In this document: positions 9,915 to 23,738 of the stretch, piece after piece
Layout: every line of letters begins with the position of its first letter
Position numbering within the stretch: position 1 is the stretch's first letter
Assembly (NCBI GenBank): GCA_963835065.1
Contig: CAWIEK010000054.1
Coordinates: forward strand, 32,001-96,000
Source: an uncultured Chthonomonadaceae bacterium
GTDB taxonomy: Bacteria > Armatimonadota > Chthonomonadetes > Chthonomonadales > Chthonomonadaceae
Length of the DNA: 64,000 bases
Direction: 5' to 3'
The notes under the pieces: model-generated
The model's database searches: none
Told to the model about the DNA's origin: nothing
Seen by the model: only the letters and a program-made list of their open reading frames with translations
Translations under genes and position numbers: made by a program

Positions 9915-10879
9915 TTCCTCGCATACTCCACCGCATGATACGTCAAAATAATATCCGCGCCCGCGCGCTTGAAGGCGGTGAGGGTTTCAGCAATCACGCG
10001 GGCCTCGTCAATCCAGCCGTTGCGGGCGGCGGCTTTGACCATGCTGTACTCGCCCGATACATTATAAACGGCGAGCGGCACATCAAACGTTTCGCGGGCA
10101 TCTCGCAGAATGTCCAGATACGCCAGTCCCGGCTTGACCATCACCATGTCCGCGCCCTCATCAATGTCCTGCGCGATTTCCCGCAAGGCTTCGCGGCGAT
10201 TAGGCGGGTCCATCTGGTACGAGCGCCGATCTCCCATTTGCGGGGCGCTGTCCGCCGCTTCGCGGAACGGGCCATAAAAGCCGCTGGCGTATTTCGCGCT
10301 GTAGGCCATAATCGGCAGGTGTTCAAAGCCGTTCAGGTCAAGCGCCTGGCGTATGGCGGACACCCGCCCGTCCATCATATCGGATGGCGCGATAATATCC
10401 GCGCCCGCTTCGGCATAAGTGACGGCGGCCCGCGCCAAAAGTTCAAGCGTCGGATCGTTGGCAACCGTGTGAACGCCGTTGCGCATTTCCAGTACGCCGC
10501 AATGCCCGTGACTGGTGTACTCGCACAAACACACGTCCGGCACGATCAGCAATTTGTCGCCAACCGCGCGACGGACGGCGCGAATCGCCTGCGGCACAAT
10601 GCCCTGCGCATGGTAGCCACTGCTGCCAACCTCGTCCTTTTCTGCCGGGATGCCGAACAGCATGATTGCCGGAATGTCCAGGCTTGCCACTTCTTCCACA
10701 GCGCGGCATAAATCATCCACCGTATAGCGGAAAATACCCGGCATGGAGGCAATTTCGCGGCTCTGCTTTTCTTCGGTCACGAACATCGGGTACAGCAAAT
10801 CATCCGTTGTCACGCCATGTTCGCGCACCAATCGCCGCATCGCCTCACTGCTGCGCAATCGTCGCCCGCGTTTCATCAT
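9896..10879 (-). CDS. hemB: porphobilinogen synthase
   Basis: DVCLCEYTSHGHCG, APSDMMDGR, MVKPG and YNVSGEY motifs. Confidence 0.98.
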   Translation of the reverse strand: MMKRGRRLRSSEAMRRLVREHGVTTDDLLYPMFVTEEKQSREIASMPGIFRYTVDDLCRAVEEVASLDIPAIMLFGIPAEKDEVGSSGYHAQGIVPQAIRAVRRAVGDKLLIVPDVCLCEYTSHGHCGVLEMRNGVHTVANDPTLELLARAAVTYAEAGADIIAPSDMMDGRVSAIRQALDLNGFEHLPIMAYSAKYASGFYGPFREAADSAPQMGDRRSYQMDPPNRREALREIAQDIDEGADMVMVKPGLAYLDILRDARETFDVPLAVYNVSGEYSMVKAAARNGWIDEARVIAETLTAFKRAGADIILTYHAVEYARKVVSSQ

Positions 10880-10896
10880 GGGTCTTGTTCGCTTTC

Positions 10897-11494
10897 TACG
10901 GTATGCGCCGTGACCGCCGCAACAACAGGATCATCGCTGCTAATGACGCTCCTGCACTATCAATCATGACGTCTCTTACACAACCATCACGACCGGGTAC
11001 AAAGGTTTGATGCCATTCATCGAAGCGGCAGACAGAACGGCAAAATCAAGCGCTATGCCGATCGCTGCTGATCACGCTTCTGCCAACTATACCGATCATA
11101 GTAGCGTCTGCTTTACAGAACCATCACGACCGAGTACAAAGGTTTGATGCCATTCATCCGAAGCGGCAAACAGAACGGCAAAAACAAACGCTACGCCGAT
11201 GCTTTTTCGATATTGCCAATTAGTCAGAACCTGTAATGCTGCCGTACACAATGTAACCAAGATAGCGTATTCAGTCGCATGCCATCCCTTCACGATGAAA
11301 AACCAACTGACCAGCCAAAATTGTGCAAACCACTGCTGGAAGGCATTATCTTTACTCAATCCCTGTACAAAATGGACAAATGTGCTGAATGGAATTACAA
11401 AGGAAGAGGTAACAAAGATGAGTGTCAGCCACACTCCCACCATACGTAAGATACGCCATCGAGATTTGTTGACGGTTTCGTTATGAAATTTCAA
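10897..11494 (-). pseudogene. VanZ-family membrane protein, split by an internal duplication
   Basis: KGWHATEYAIL and ASDEWHQTFV..RDG motifs. The true C-terminus (RDVMIDSAG...) follows a second copy of the segment at 10976-11062. Confidence 0.7.
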
Positions 11495-11643
11495 TCTGGC
11501 TCACCAGCGCGTTCCTCCCAATTGGCCGCGTGTCCAGAGTTCACCCAACCGGTGCTTTTCCAGCCACACGCTCAGGTCATCAGCCGAAAGCCGCGTCATT
11601 TCTGTCTGCCCATTGTGCTTTATATCTTGTGTTGCTATATCCG

Positions 11644-13356
11644 CTACTTTCGTATCGTGTCGAAATGCTTCTCAATCGCCGCAACGAGGCCGGGAATGGT
11701 ATGCTCTTCGGCTTCAATATCCACGTTCAGGCCGAACTCGCGCAGGGTTTGCGCCGTAACCGGCCCGATGGCGGCAATGGTCGTGCTGCCAACGAGTTCA
11801 GATAGGGTGTTGGGTGTTGGGTGTTGGGTGTTGGGTTCCCCTGACCCCTGAACCCTGAACCCTGAACCCTGCTCCAACGCTTGCGCGAAATTGCGTACCG
11901 TTGACGACGCTGTGAAGGTTAAGACGTTTATCTCGCCGTTTTGTAACTGCTGCTTCAAGCGGTCGGAGGCCTCGCCGTCCATGCGGGTTTCGTAGGCGGC
12001 GATTACGTCTACGGTTGCGCCCCGTTCGCGCAGTTGGTCGGGCAGGATTTCGCGGGCTTCGCGGGCGCGGGGCAATAAAATGCGCTGCCCGGTCAAGTCA
12101 GAATCCGGCCACTCGGCAAGGATGGCTTCGGCAACCGCTTCAGTCGGCATGAAATCGGCGCGAAGTCCCAAATGCTGGCGGAGGGCGTCGGCAGTGGCAG
12201 GGCCAATGGCGGCAATGCGGGTCGCGTGGAAGGCGCGGGCGTCACGGTTAAGAACCTTCAGGCGTTCGGCTAAGACAGGAACCGTGTTCGCGCTGGTGAC
12301 AATCATCCATTGGTAGCGTTCAAGGTTGGAAAGCGCCTCGTCCAATTCGCTCATGTCGTCTAATCGGGCGATTTCGATGGCGGGAAATTCCAGCGGTTCC
12401 GCGCCCCGGATTCGCAGCAAATCCGATAGGGCGCTGGCCTGTTCCCGCGCCCGTGTGACCACAATCTTCTTGCCGAACAGGGGGCGCGAAGCCGGGTCAT
12501 CGAACCAGCGCAGGCGTTCGCGCAGTTTCACCACGTCGCCAACCACGCACACGGCGGGCGGCGTCAACCCGGCGCGTTTCACGTCCTCCACGATGGTTGC
12601 TAAGGTTCCCGTTACTACCTGCTGCCGCGTCCACGTGCCCCACTGCACAAGAGCAACGGGCGTTTGCGGGTCGCGTCCATTTTCCTGCAAACGGGAAGCG
12701 ATGTCAGGCAGGGCTTCCACGCCCATCAGAAAAATCAGCGTATCCCCTGCGTGGGCAATGTTGGCCCAGTTGCGGCGCTGCTCGGCTTCTCCCGGCGCGC
12801 GGGTTCCCGATTCGCGGCTGTCGTCGCGCTCATGCCCCGTGACAATGGCAAACGAAGACGCCATATCCCGGTGCGTGACGGGAATCCCGGCATACGCGGG
12901 CGCGGCAATCGCCGACGTAACCCCCGGCACAATCTCAAAGGGAACGCCCGCGTCCCGGCACTCCTCGGCCTCCTCACCGCCCCTGCCGAACACAAACGGG
13001 TCGCCGCCCTTCAGTCGCGCCACGTTCTTGCCCTGCTTTGCCCGATCCAGCAGCAGCGCGTTAATATCCGGCTGCTTCATAGCGTGATGGGCGCTCACCT
13101 TGCCGACATACACTTTTTCCGCGTCTGCCCGCGCATAATCCAGCAGCGAGGGATGCGCCAAACGGTCATACACCACCACATCCGCCGTTTGCAGCAAATG
13201 CCGCCCCCGCACCGTAATCAATCCCGGATCCCCCGGACCCGCGCCGATAAGGTAAACCGTGCCAGGGTGAGGATTTTGAGTTGATAGTTGATAGTTGATA
13301 GTTGATAGGGATTGTTCTGTTCCCTGTTCCCTGTTCCCTGTTCCCTGTTCTTCCAC
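11644..13356 (-). CDS. cobA: uroporphyrinogen-III C-methyltransferase / synthase fusion (CobA-HemD)
   Basis: [32 protein letters not shown] and FTASSTV motifs; repeat-derived N-terminus and an internal insert. Confidence 0.95.
   Translation of the reverse strand: MEEQGTGNREQGTEQSLSTINYQLSTQNPHPGTVYLIGAGPGDPGLITVRGRHLLQTADVVVYDRLAHPSLLDYARADAEKVYVGKVSAHHAMKQPDINALLLDRAKQGKNVARLKGGDPFVFGRGGEEAEECRDAGVPFEIVPGVTSAIAAPAYAGIPVTHRDMASSFAIVTGHERDDSRESGTRAPGEAEQRRNWANIAHAGDTLIFLMGVEALPDIASRLQENGRDPQTPVALVQWGTWTRQQVVTGTLATIVEDVKRAGLTPPAVCVVGDVVKLRERLRWFDDPASRPLFGKKIVVTRAREQASALSDLLRIRGAEPLEFPAIEIARLDDMSELDEALSNLERYQWMIVTSANTVPVLAERLKVLNRDARAFHATRIAAIGPATADALRQHLGLRADFMPTEAVAEAILAEWPDSDLTGQRILLPRAREAREILPDQLRERGATVDVIAAYETRMDGEASDRLKQQLQNGEINVLTFTASSTVRNFAQALEQGSGFRVQGSGEPNTQHPTPNTLSELVGSTTIAAIGPVTAQTLREFGLNVDIEAEEHTIPGLVAAIEKHFDTIRK
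11805..11870. repeat. in-frame cassette (GGGTGTT)4 + (CCCTGAA)~4 in the HemD domain
   Basis: Encodes [22 protein letters not shown]. Confidence 0.9.
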
Positions 13357-13386
13357 TTATCCCTCTTCCCTTTTCCCTTTTCCCTT
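13279..13386. repeat. cassette (GTTGATA)4 / (CCCTGTT)4 / (TTCCCTT)3 spanning the cobA start and wecB end
   Basis: Encodes [24 protein letters not shown] and KGKGKREEG. Confidence 0.9.
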
Positions 13387-14178
13387 ATGCCCGCGTACCA
13401 TCAGTACGAAGCGGGGGAGCAGCATGACTTTGCCGATTTTGCGGGGATTTTTGAGGACGCGCCACAGCCATTCCAATTTTAATTGGCGCATGAATTTTGG
13501 GGCGCGTTTTACCGTATCGGAAAGCACGTCCAGAGTACCGCCCACGCCGATTAAGACGGGAACGCCCAGCGTGGCGCGGTGCTTGGCGATCCATTTTTCC
13601 TGTTTAGGAATGCCCATCGCCACGCACAGCACGTCCGGGCGGCAGGCGCGAATATCATTCAGAACCGTTGGCAAATCCGCGTCCGTAAAAAAGCCGTTGC
13701 GCGCGCCGACGATCTGCGCGCCGGGGTATTTTGCTTCCATGCGGGCTTTAGCGGCGTCCGCAATTCCGGGCGCGGCTCCCAAAAAATAGAGTTTCTGCCC
13801 ATGCTGCGCGGAACGTTCGCACAAGCGCTCGACAATTTCCACGCCGGAAACCCGCTCGGAAAGAGCATTTTCCTGCTGCCGCGACGCCCACAGAATGCCT
13901 TCGCTGTCGGGCGTAATCAAGTCAGCGTTGGCGACAATAGCGCGAAGTTCCTCATCCTGCTGCGCCATGACCAGCATGGACGCATCCGCCGTCACGACAT
14001 GATGCGGCGTTCCGGCGCGAATGAAACCGTCAATGGTGTCCAGCGCGTCTCGCATGGTGACGCGGTGAACGGGCATGTCTAAAATATGGATGGTGGGCAG
14101 AGTGGCAGGCATAGCGAATGGGGCAGACGTTACCGAAGTCGCAGATAAGGTTGTCATTAGGGTGCTTCTTGTTTCCAC
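13357..14178 (-). CDS. WecB/TagA/CpsF-family glycosyltransferase
   Basis: ADLITPD, AMGIPKQEKW, GVGGTLD and LEWLWR motifs; start uncertain. Confidence 0.93.
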   Translation of the reverse strand: METRSTLMTTLSATSVTSAPFAMPATLPTIHILDMPVHRVTMRDALDTIDGFIRAGTPHHVVTADASMLVMAQQDEELRAIVANADLITPDSEGILWASRQQENALSERVSGVEIVERLCERSAQHGQKLYFLGAAPGIADAAKARMEAKYPGAQIVGARNGFFTDADLPTVLNDIRACRPDVLCVAMGIPKQEKWIAKHRATLGVPVLIGVGGTLDVLSDTVKRAPKFMRQLKLEWLWRVLKNPRKIGKVMLLPRFVLMVRGHKGKGKREEG

Positions 14179-14333
14179 GCCGCGCTGCGATAGAGTACAA
14201 TAGAAGGTGAGACAAGCGACGTTGAAAATGGAATTGAAAAGCGCAGCGACAGCCTACACTATCAGTACGCTTTAGCGCGGCGCATTGGCAAATTTGCAGG
14301 CCATGGGCCTGTAGCTAGTATACCCGACAGAAA

Positions 14334-14445
14334 GGGGTCAGGATTCAGGATTCAGGGGTCAGGCAAATACATGCCTTACTTGTTCTATCGTATACTGTAG
14401 AACGGGCTTACGAAGCAATACCCTGAATCCTGAATCCTGAATCCT
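14334..14445. repeat. inverted (GGATTCA/GGGGTCA) / (CCTGAAT) heptamer pair
   Basis: Arrays at 14334-14363 and 14421-14445; the same family occurs at 32640-32760. Confidence 0.85.
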
Positions 14446-14464
14446 TTGCGAAAAAGGTTATCCC

Positions 14465-16066
14465 GTGATAAGTTCAAGACGGCTGGCCCGCGAATGGGCC
14501 TTAAAAATATTATATCAGAGGGAGCATGTCACGCCTGCCGCGCAAGCGGCGCTGGAAACCGCGCGCCGCGAAATCGAGCGGGCGGGGGAGCGCTTGCGCC
14601 AGCAAATCATGCGCGAAGCCGTAGAGATCGCGGTGGGCGCATTGCGGAGCGGGCAGGAGCAGTTGGAGCGCGAAGTGACGCAGGCCGGCTACAGTTTTAC
14701 GGAAACCCGCGAACTGCTGCACGACCTGCGCAATAATGCCAATGCCGTGCGCAACAAGCGCCCCATACCCCTCGTGGTTCGGGAGATGGCGCAGGCGTTT
14801 GCCCTGCTCGACGAACTGCGGATGCAGGGCGAGCGGCTTACGCCTCCGCTGCGCGCCGAAACCGTAAGCGGCTTTCTGTCGGAAGCGCGCGAACGGCTGC
14901 AAGACCATGCCCGCGTTGTGCGCGAACGGCTTGAGCAGGAAATGGTGAACGACGCGCAGGAACGCCTGCGGCTGGAATTCGTGCAGCGCGGTTCTCATGC
15001 GGCGAGTGGTTCCCTTGTGGAGCAAATCTGTCTGGATGTGTTCACGTCCGGCCTGCGCGACCTACTGCCCGAAGCAAGCCCGCCCTTGGAGCGCGCGCTT
15101 GCCCTTGCCGCTTCGCGCCTGTTGAGCGAGGTCCCGTACTGGCAGGAGCAGCGCATTGACCGTCTGTTCCGCGAACCGTCGTCCGCCCTGCCGAATACGG
15201 CACGGCGCATCCGCATCAGCGCCGTTGCCCAGACGTTCGGGCTGTCGGAAGGGGAAATCGCCGGCCTGCCCGCCTTGCAGCCGCCGCGCCTGCTGTCGGC
15301 GGCATCGGGCGGGCTTGTCGCGCCGGAAGCAGGACAGGGTTCCGATCCTCTGAACGCCCTCATCGCGCAATTGTCTGCCGAAGACACTGCCCGCCTGCAG
15401 GCGTTTGCGCGGCAGGCGCGGCAAAACCTGCCCGAACGCCTGGAAGCGGAGTTCCGTAAGGAAGGCATCGCGTTCGTGCAGGCAGTGGTTGCCAACCGTC
15501 CGTCCGGCGTGTCCCATGCGGACATGCAGGCGTATTTGCGAACTCAGCGCGAAACATTCAACCGGGCGCAGGCGGAGCGTTGGAAAAAGGTCGGCGCGAT
15601 TGTAGAAAAGCAGATTGGGGATTGGCTGCGAACATCCGGTTTCGCGCTCCGTCTGGTGCAGGGCGTGTCTGCCAGACAAAGCGAAATTGACGCCGCCATT
15701 GTCGCCCTGTCTGCCGGCTGGAATCTGGAGCGGCAAGTGGCTGTAGACCGCAGCATCCTGCGCATCGGCGGCTACGAGATGCTATTCATGGACAACATTC
15801 CCACTGCCGCGTCCATCAATGAAGCCGTCGAACTCGCCAAAAAGTACAGCACAACTAAGTCCGGGCGTTTCGTCAATGGCGTTTTGGGCGCGCTCGCTGT
15901 CCAGGTCGGCAGCAAAGCCGCCGCGCCCGCCGAACCGCAAACATCCGCCACCGACAACGCCGCAAATGACAATGACGACTTAATTGACATCTCCGAAGAC
16001 GAAGAGGTTGATATAGACGAAAACTCTTCCGACAGCGACCGCAGTATGGATGAGGAAAACGGATAA
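14465..16066 (+). CDS. nusB: transcription antitermination factor NusB with a ~370-aa internal insertion
   Basis: N-terminal RRLAREWALKILYQ; C-terminal VDRSILR, INEAVELAKKY and FVNGVLG; directly upstream of folD. Confidence 0.85.
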   Translation: MISSRRLAREWALKILYQREHVTPAAQAALETARREIERAGERLRQQIMREAVEIAVGALRSGQEQLEREVTQAGYSFTETRELLHDLRNNANAVRNKRPIPLVVREMAQAFALLDELRMQGERLTPPLRAETVSGFLSEARERLQDHARVVRERLEQEMVNDAQERLRLEFVQRGSHAASGSLVEQICLDVFTSGLRDLLPEASPPLERALALAASRLLSEVPYWQEQRIDRLFREPSSALPNTARRIRISAVAQTFGLSEGEIAGLPALQPPRLLSAASGGLVAPEAGQGSDPLNALIAQLSAEDTARLQAFARQARQNLPERLEAEFRKEGIAFVQAVVANRPSGVSHADMQAYLRTQRETFNRAQAERWKKVGAIVEKQIGDWLRTSGFALRLVQGVSARQSEIDAAIVALSAGWNLERQVAVDRSILRIGGYEMLFMDNIPTAASINEAVELAKKYSTTKSGRFVNGVLGALAVQVGSKAAAPAEPQTSATDNAANDNDDLIDISEDEEVDIDENSSDSDRSMDEENG

Positions 16067-17031
16067 TGGCAGAAGAGCAGGCAACAGAAGGAAATGCTGA
16101 ACGCGGAATGATGAGTGATGAATTGAATTCCCATTCATCACTCAGCACTCAGCACTCATCACTTCCTTCCCCCTCAACCCTCCTCGACGGCATGGCAACC
16201 GCGCGAACCCTGCGGGCGGAAATCGCCGAACAGGTGCGGGACGTAAAGGCGAAGGGCGTCATTCCGCATCTGGCTGCCGTGCTGATCGGGGCGGACCCCG
16301 CCTCAGAAACGTATGTCGCCATGAAGCAGAAGGCGTGTAAATGGGTGGGCATGGACAGCAGCGTTCACCGCCTGCCCACCGATACCACGCAGGCCGAAGC
16401 GGAAGCCCTCGTAGAACGCTTAAACGCCGATCCTGCCATAAGCGGCATTTTGGTGCAGCATCCCCTGCCCAAACATCTGCATGAGCCGGCGGTTCTGGAT
16501 CGCGTATCCCCCGGCAAAGACATTGACGGCATCAGTCGCATGAGTCTGGGCGGACTTATCAACAACGAACCCGCGTTTCCGTCCTGCACCCCGGCAGGCA
16601 TCATCGAACTGCTGGACAGATACCACATTCCCATTGAGGGCAAAACGGCGGTTGTCGTGGGACGCAGTATCATTTTGGGCAAGCCCGTCGCCATGATGCT
16701 GCTCAACCGCAACGCTACCGTCACGATCTGCCATTCGCGGACGCCCAATCTGGCCGAAGTGACGCGGCAGGCGGACATTCTCGTGGCGGCAGTGGGGCGC
16801 GCGGAACTGATTACCGGCGACATGATCAAGCCGGGCGCAGCCGTCATGGACGCGGGCTACAATCGCGTTGAGGGCAGGGGCGGCGATGTGGGCGACGTGC
16901 ATTTCGAGTCCGCTTCCCGCGTAGCGGCTTACATCACGCCCGTTCCCGGCGGCGTCGGCCCCATGACCATTGCCATGCTCCTGCGCAACACGCTCCATGC
17001 GGCTCAGGCAACCCTTGCCTCTTCCCCTTGA
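16066..17031 (+). CDS. folD: bifunctional methylene-THF dehydrogenase/cyclohydrolase with a repeat-derived N-terminal extension
   Basis: GILVQHPLP, KDIDG, CTPAG and ITPVPGGVGPMT motifs. Confidence 0.97.
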   Translation: MAEEQATEGNAERGMMSDELNSHSSLSTQHSSLPSPSTLLDGMATARTLRAEIAEQVRDVKAKGVIPHLAAVLIGADPASETYVAMKQKACKWVGMDSSVHRLPTDTTQAEAEALVERLNADPAISGILVQHPLPKHLHEPAVLDRVSPGKDIDGISRMSLGGLINNEPAFPSCTPAGIIELLDRYHIPIEGKTAVVVGRSIILGKPVAMMLLNRNATVTICHSRTPNLAEVTRQADILVAAVGRAELITGDMIKPGAAVMDAGYNRVEGRGGDVGDVHFESASRVAAYITPVPGGVGPMTIAMLLRNTLHAAQATLASSP

Positions 17032-17224
17032 TATTCCCAACCAAAAATCCTGTTTCTCATCTATTTCTCATAAAACAGCCTTGTCAACAAAGGGATAAGG
17101 CTTCGCAAAAGCGAATAGGAACACGCACTGCACAGGCCGGCATTTGCCGGCCTGTATAATTTTGTAAAAAATTTCTAATTTCAAGCCGCCCTCATTGCGT
17201 CTCCAATCGCATAAATAAGTTGCT

Positions 17225-17272
17225 CCCCTCTCCTGGCGCGCAGCGCGGTCAGGAGAGGGGCCGGGGGTGAGG
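17225..17272. repeat. REP-like palindrome CCCCTCTCCTG...CAGGAGAGGGG-CCGGGGGTGAGG
   Basis: 11-bp perfect stem; related partial copies at 21646-21674 and, inverted, at 59982-60028. Confidence 0.7.
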
Positions 17273-17292
17273 CAAACCGAAGGAGCAAAGCC

Positions 17293-19959
<2,667 letters not shown>

Positions 19960-20158
19960 AGGAAGAAAAGAAGAAAAGGAGAAAAGGAGAGGGGAGAAAA
20001 ACCACAGAGGGCAGGGAGAACACGGAGAAGGTTGAAAGCAATCGACGTGGAAATACCGGCTTGTAGGCGCTTCGCGCCTATGTTATATCTTGAACTATTC
20101 AGGTATAATTCAACAAGCTATTTTCCTGTCGCTGCATTGAGAGAAGGGAGGAACGATC

Positions 20159-20422
20159 ATGCCAACCGAAGCGCGTCGCAGAGGGCCGAAGAAGCGACTT
20201 ATAGAACCGGTGAGGTTGTCTACGCAGTTGGAAAAGTCTACTATTGACAAGCTCGCCTCGTATTGTGAAGAACATCGTATTCCGCTGACAGTGGGATTTA
20301 CCAGAGCAATAGAGATGTTAGTACAACCGGAAAACGGGCGCGTGACCGCTCTGGCGAGTGAGCAGGCATTGCGCAAGATATGGGACACGCCGGAAGAGGA
20401 TGAAGCGTGGCAGCATTTGTAA
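20159..20422 (+). CDS. putative antitoxin (RHH-like, DUF2281-type tail)
   Basis: LASEQALRKIWDTPEEDEAWQHL tail; overlaps the downstream toxin gene. Confidence 0.75.
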   Translation: MPTEARRRGPKKRLIEPVRLSTQLEKSTIDKLASYCEEHRIPLTVGFTRAIEMLVQPENGRVTALASEQALRKIWDTPEEDEAWQHL

Positions 20423-20745
20423 AAGGGGATATTGTCGTAGTTCCCTTCCCGTTTTCTGTCGGCCCCGGTTCCAAGCGTCGGCCAGCGCTCGTCGTGGCGT
20501 CGTGGCCGTTTGCGGGCAGCACGGATTACCTGCTGTGTCTTATCTCCAGCCAGGCCGTAAACGCCCCGTATATCATGCGACTGGAAGCGAGCGACATTCA
20601 GGGCGGTACACTCAGCCGCCAGAGTTATGTGCGCCCATCTTATCTATTTGCTGCCGATGAAGGGATGATTGTTTACAAAGTGGGAACATTGGAAAGTGGC
20701 AAGTTCACGCAAGTAGTGGAGACAATCATCGGCGTGTTGCAGTAG
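20407..20745 (+). CDS. PemK/MazF-family toxin
   Basis: KGDIVVVPFPFS...KRRPALVV motif. Confidence 0.9.
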   Translation: MAAFVKGDIVVVPFPFSVGPGSKRRPALVVASWPFAGSTDYLLCLISSQAVNAPYIMRLEASDIQGGTLSRQSYVRPSYLFAADEGMIVYKVGTLESGKFTQVVETIIGVLQ

Positions 20746-20772
20746 ATAAATTGTGATCCAACGAGCAACACC

Positions 20773-21636
20773 ATGAACAAACGCCGCTTCAAACGCTCTA
20801 TCCTCCTTGCTTGCGGCCTGTTGCTCGTACTGGTGAATATGCCGGGTTTGTTGCTGTGGAAAGCAAAGCGACAGTACGCCCTCAACCGCCAACTGATTGC
20901 CGCTCTTGAACGCTACGATAATAAGCAGGCGCTTTCCCTCGTTAATGCCGGAGCCGACTCGAACACGCGCTACAACGCTTCGCCTGCGCCTTCCCTGCCG
21001 CAACTGGCGCGGCAGCTACTTCATCGTTCACCGCCGCTTGTAGATGACAGTTCTACGGCGTTCCTGTTTGTTTGTGGAGCGCACTGGCATTTTTCAGATC
21101 GTTTCATCATTGTGCGTGAAAAAAAATCGGAAGAGGGGCTTTTAGTTCGTACTATGCTGGCGAATGGCGGGGATTGCAACGCCAGAGACTCACAAGATGT
21201 ATCCGCTCTGCATTGGGCTATTTGGCGTGACTATTCGGAGACGGTTCAACTTCTTCTGGAATATGGCGCGAACGTCAACGATCAAGATAGAGAAGGCAAG
21301 ACACCGCTGATGTTAGCTGTTGAGGTACGCGACACGGGCATGACGCGCCTTCTGCTAGAGCATGGCGCGAACGTTTCTATGGCAGATAAATAGGGCGATA
21401 CTGCTTTGCATTTCGCTGTAAGTAGCGACTATGGTGAAGATCGCCTCCATCTTCTAATGGCACATGGAGGCGATCCGAATTATCGTAACAAGAAGGGCGT
21501 TACTCCAATCATGCTTGCCCAACAGGCGGGGCGTCCCGACCTTGTAGCGCTGCTGCGGGGAAACGGTAGGTTCTACCCTCATCCGGCCTATATACAGCAA
21601 CGCACAATGTCAGCGTACTTACACTCTTCTTGGTAA
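20773..21636 (+). pseudogene. membrane-anchored ankyrin-repeat protein with an in-frame TAG at 21391
   Basis: SALHWA and GKTPLMLA, then *GDTALHFA and GVTPIMLA continue in the same frame. Confidence 0.75.
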
Positions 21637-21758
21637 CGCGGGAACGGTCAGGGAGAAGGGCTGGGGTTGAGGGTACGCGCTCGCAGCAGGAATTACTTTT
21701 GAGGCATCAGAATCATGCAGACAGTGTGACGCTGCTGTGAAAGGGCGCAAAGAAACCT

Positions 21759-22001
21759 ATGAACAAAGGCCGGCTTCAACGTTCGGCCCTCCTTGCTTGC
21801 AGCCTGCTGTTGTTGGTGGTGGCTGTGCCTTGTGTACTGACGTGGCGAGAATGGCGACAGGAGCATCTTAATCGCGCTCTAATCACGGCGCTTCAACGTA
21901 ATAAGGCTCAGGAGGCTATGGCATTGCTGGAGCAAGGAGTGGATGCGAAAACCCACGCTGCCACTCCTGATACACGCTCCTTTCGACAGATGCTCTGGGA
22001 T
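21759..22001 (+). pseudogene. paralogous ankyrin-protein N-terminus truncated by IS3
   Basis: MNK.R..RS.LLAC.LL...RQ..LNR.LI.AL matches the 20773 ORF and ends at the IS end. Confidence 0.75.
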
Positions 22002-23277
22002 TATAATGTACCCAAGAATTCGGACAATGGTTTAAGGTGGTGGCTGTGTCACAATGAACATAGGAGAACCCATCATGTCTACAATCCGTAAACGCTATTC
22101 TGCCGAATTCAAGGCCAAGTTGGCTCTGGAAATGGTCAAAGGCAACCACACTCTCGCCGAGATTGCCAGTGACGCGCAAGTACATCCCAATCTGCTGATG
22201 CAGTGGAAGAAACAACTGCTCGACAGCCTGCCCACCGTCTTTGCCGACAAGCGGGTCAAGGACAACAAAGACCAGGAAGAGAAAGAAGCCCAACTCTACC
22301 AGCAGATCGGCCAACTCAAAGTCGAACTCGACGTCCTTCCCTTTCCGGCTCAAAAAAAATCAGGCCGCCTCGGTTGAGACATTGCGGCAGCGGGTCGAAA
22401 CCGACCATGCGCAGATCAGTATTGCCCGTCAATGTGACCTGTTGGGCTTGTCGCGTTCGGGCTACTACTACCAGCCGACAGGCGAAAGCGAACTCAATAT
22501 GCTTCTCATGCGCCTGATAGATAAGGAGTACACCGCCCATCCGTTCTTCGGCTGTCGCAAAATGGTACATGTGCTGCGCACAGACGGGTATGTCGTCAAC
22601 AAGAAGCGGATTGCCCGCTTGATGGCGGTCATGGGCTTGCAGGCGATGGTTCCGGGTCCGAATACGAGTCGTTCCTGTCCTGAGAACCCGGTGTACCCGT
22701 ACCGGCTGCGCGGTGTCAAGATCACAGCGGTCAATCAGGTGTGGAGTTGTGACCTCCCCTCTATTCCCTTACCGAAAGGATTTGTGTACCTGTTCGCCAT
22801 TCTCGATTGGTATAGCCGCTTCGTCCTGAACTGGCAACTTTCCAACACACTCGACCCCACCTTCTGTCTCGAAGGACTGGATCAGGCACTGGGAAGCGGC
22901 AAGCCCACGATCTTCAATAGTGATCAAGGCGTCCAATTTACCAGCAAAGAGTTCACCGGTCGCTTGCTATCCGCTGACATTACGATCAGCATGGATGGGC
23001 GGGGCCGGGCGCTGGACAACATCTTCGTGGAACGCTTATGGCGAACGGTCAAGTATGAAGACGTCTATCTGAAAGGCTACGAAACGCCCAAAGAAGTGTA
23101 CAGCGGATTGTGCGACTACTTTCAGTTCTATAATGAAGCGCGGCCGCATCAGGCATTGGGCTACAAAACGCCGGCCCAAGTGTATCACCAATCGCTCGGT
23201 TGTTAGAGTACCGACAACCGACACAACGGCCACCTTAAACAACGCGAAAATTTGTCTTGACAAAGGGGGACACTATA
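22002..23277 (+). mobile_element. IS3-family insertion sequence (OrfA 22075-22377, OrfB to 23206)
   Basis: RKRYSAEFKAKLALE; A8 slippery site near 22352; rve motifs WSCD, NSDQGVQF and ERLWRTVKYE; imperfect IRs TATAATGTACCC... / ...GGGGACACTATA; no target duplication seen. Confidence 0.93.
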
Positions 23278-23297
23278 CTCGTTGCCTGTATGGATAG

Positions 23298-23339
23298 AAA
23301 CAAAAATTCCTCCACTCCTAAACTTCAGGAATGGAGGAA
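23298..23339 (-). terminator. intrinsic terminator after the orphan recA tail
   Basis: Stem TTCCTCCA..TGGAGGAA followed by a T-run on the minus strand. Confidence 0.7.
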
Positions 23340-23358
23340 CAGAGTGATAGTTACTAAC

Positions 23359-23642
23359 GAAAACCTTAACCCTCGTCTTCGTCCTCTTCCTCAACTTCGG
23401 CCAGATTGACGATGGGGATTTCCGCGCCCTTGTTGCGGATGCGGCCTTCGATCTCGTCCATCAGCGGCTCATTGTCTTCCAAGAAGGTACGCGCGTTTTC
23501 CCGTCCCTGCCCAAGCCGAATGTCGTTGAACGAGAAGTAAGCGCCCGCCTTGTGGATGATGCCCATGTCCACGCCCATGTCCAGCATACTGCCCGAACGG
23601 CTGATGCCCTTGCCGAACATGATGTCGAACTCGGCCTGCCGG
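23359..23642 (-). repeat. orphan duplicate of the recA 3' end (direct repeat of 30144-30427)
   Basis: 284 bp with 7 differences by my alignment; encodes [12 protein letters not shown]...EEEDEDEG. Confidence 0.95.
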
Positions 23643-23738
23643 CATGAGAACGTTCCACATTGCAGGAACAAACCGAAGTGGCGTATAATAGGACACAACA
23701 AAAACAAAACCGAAGAAGATTAGCCAGAGGAGATTAGC

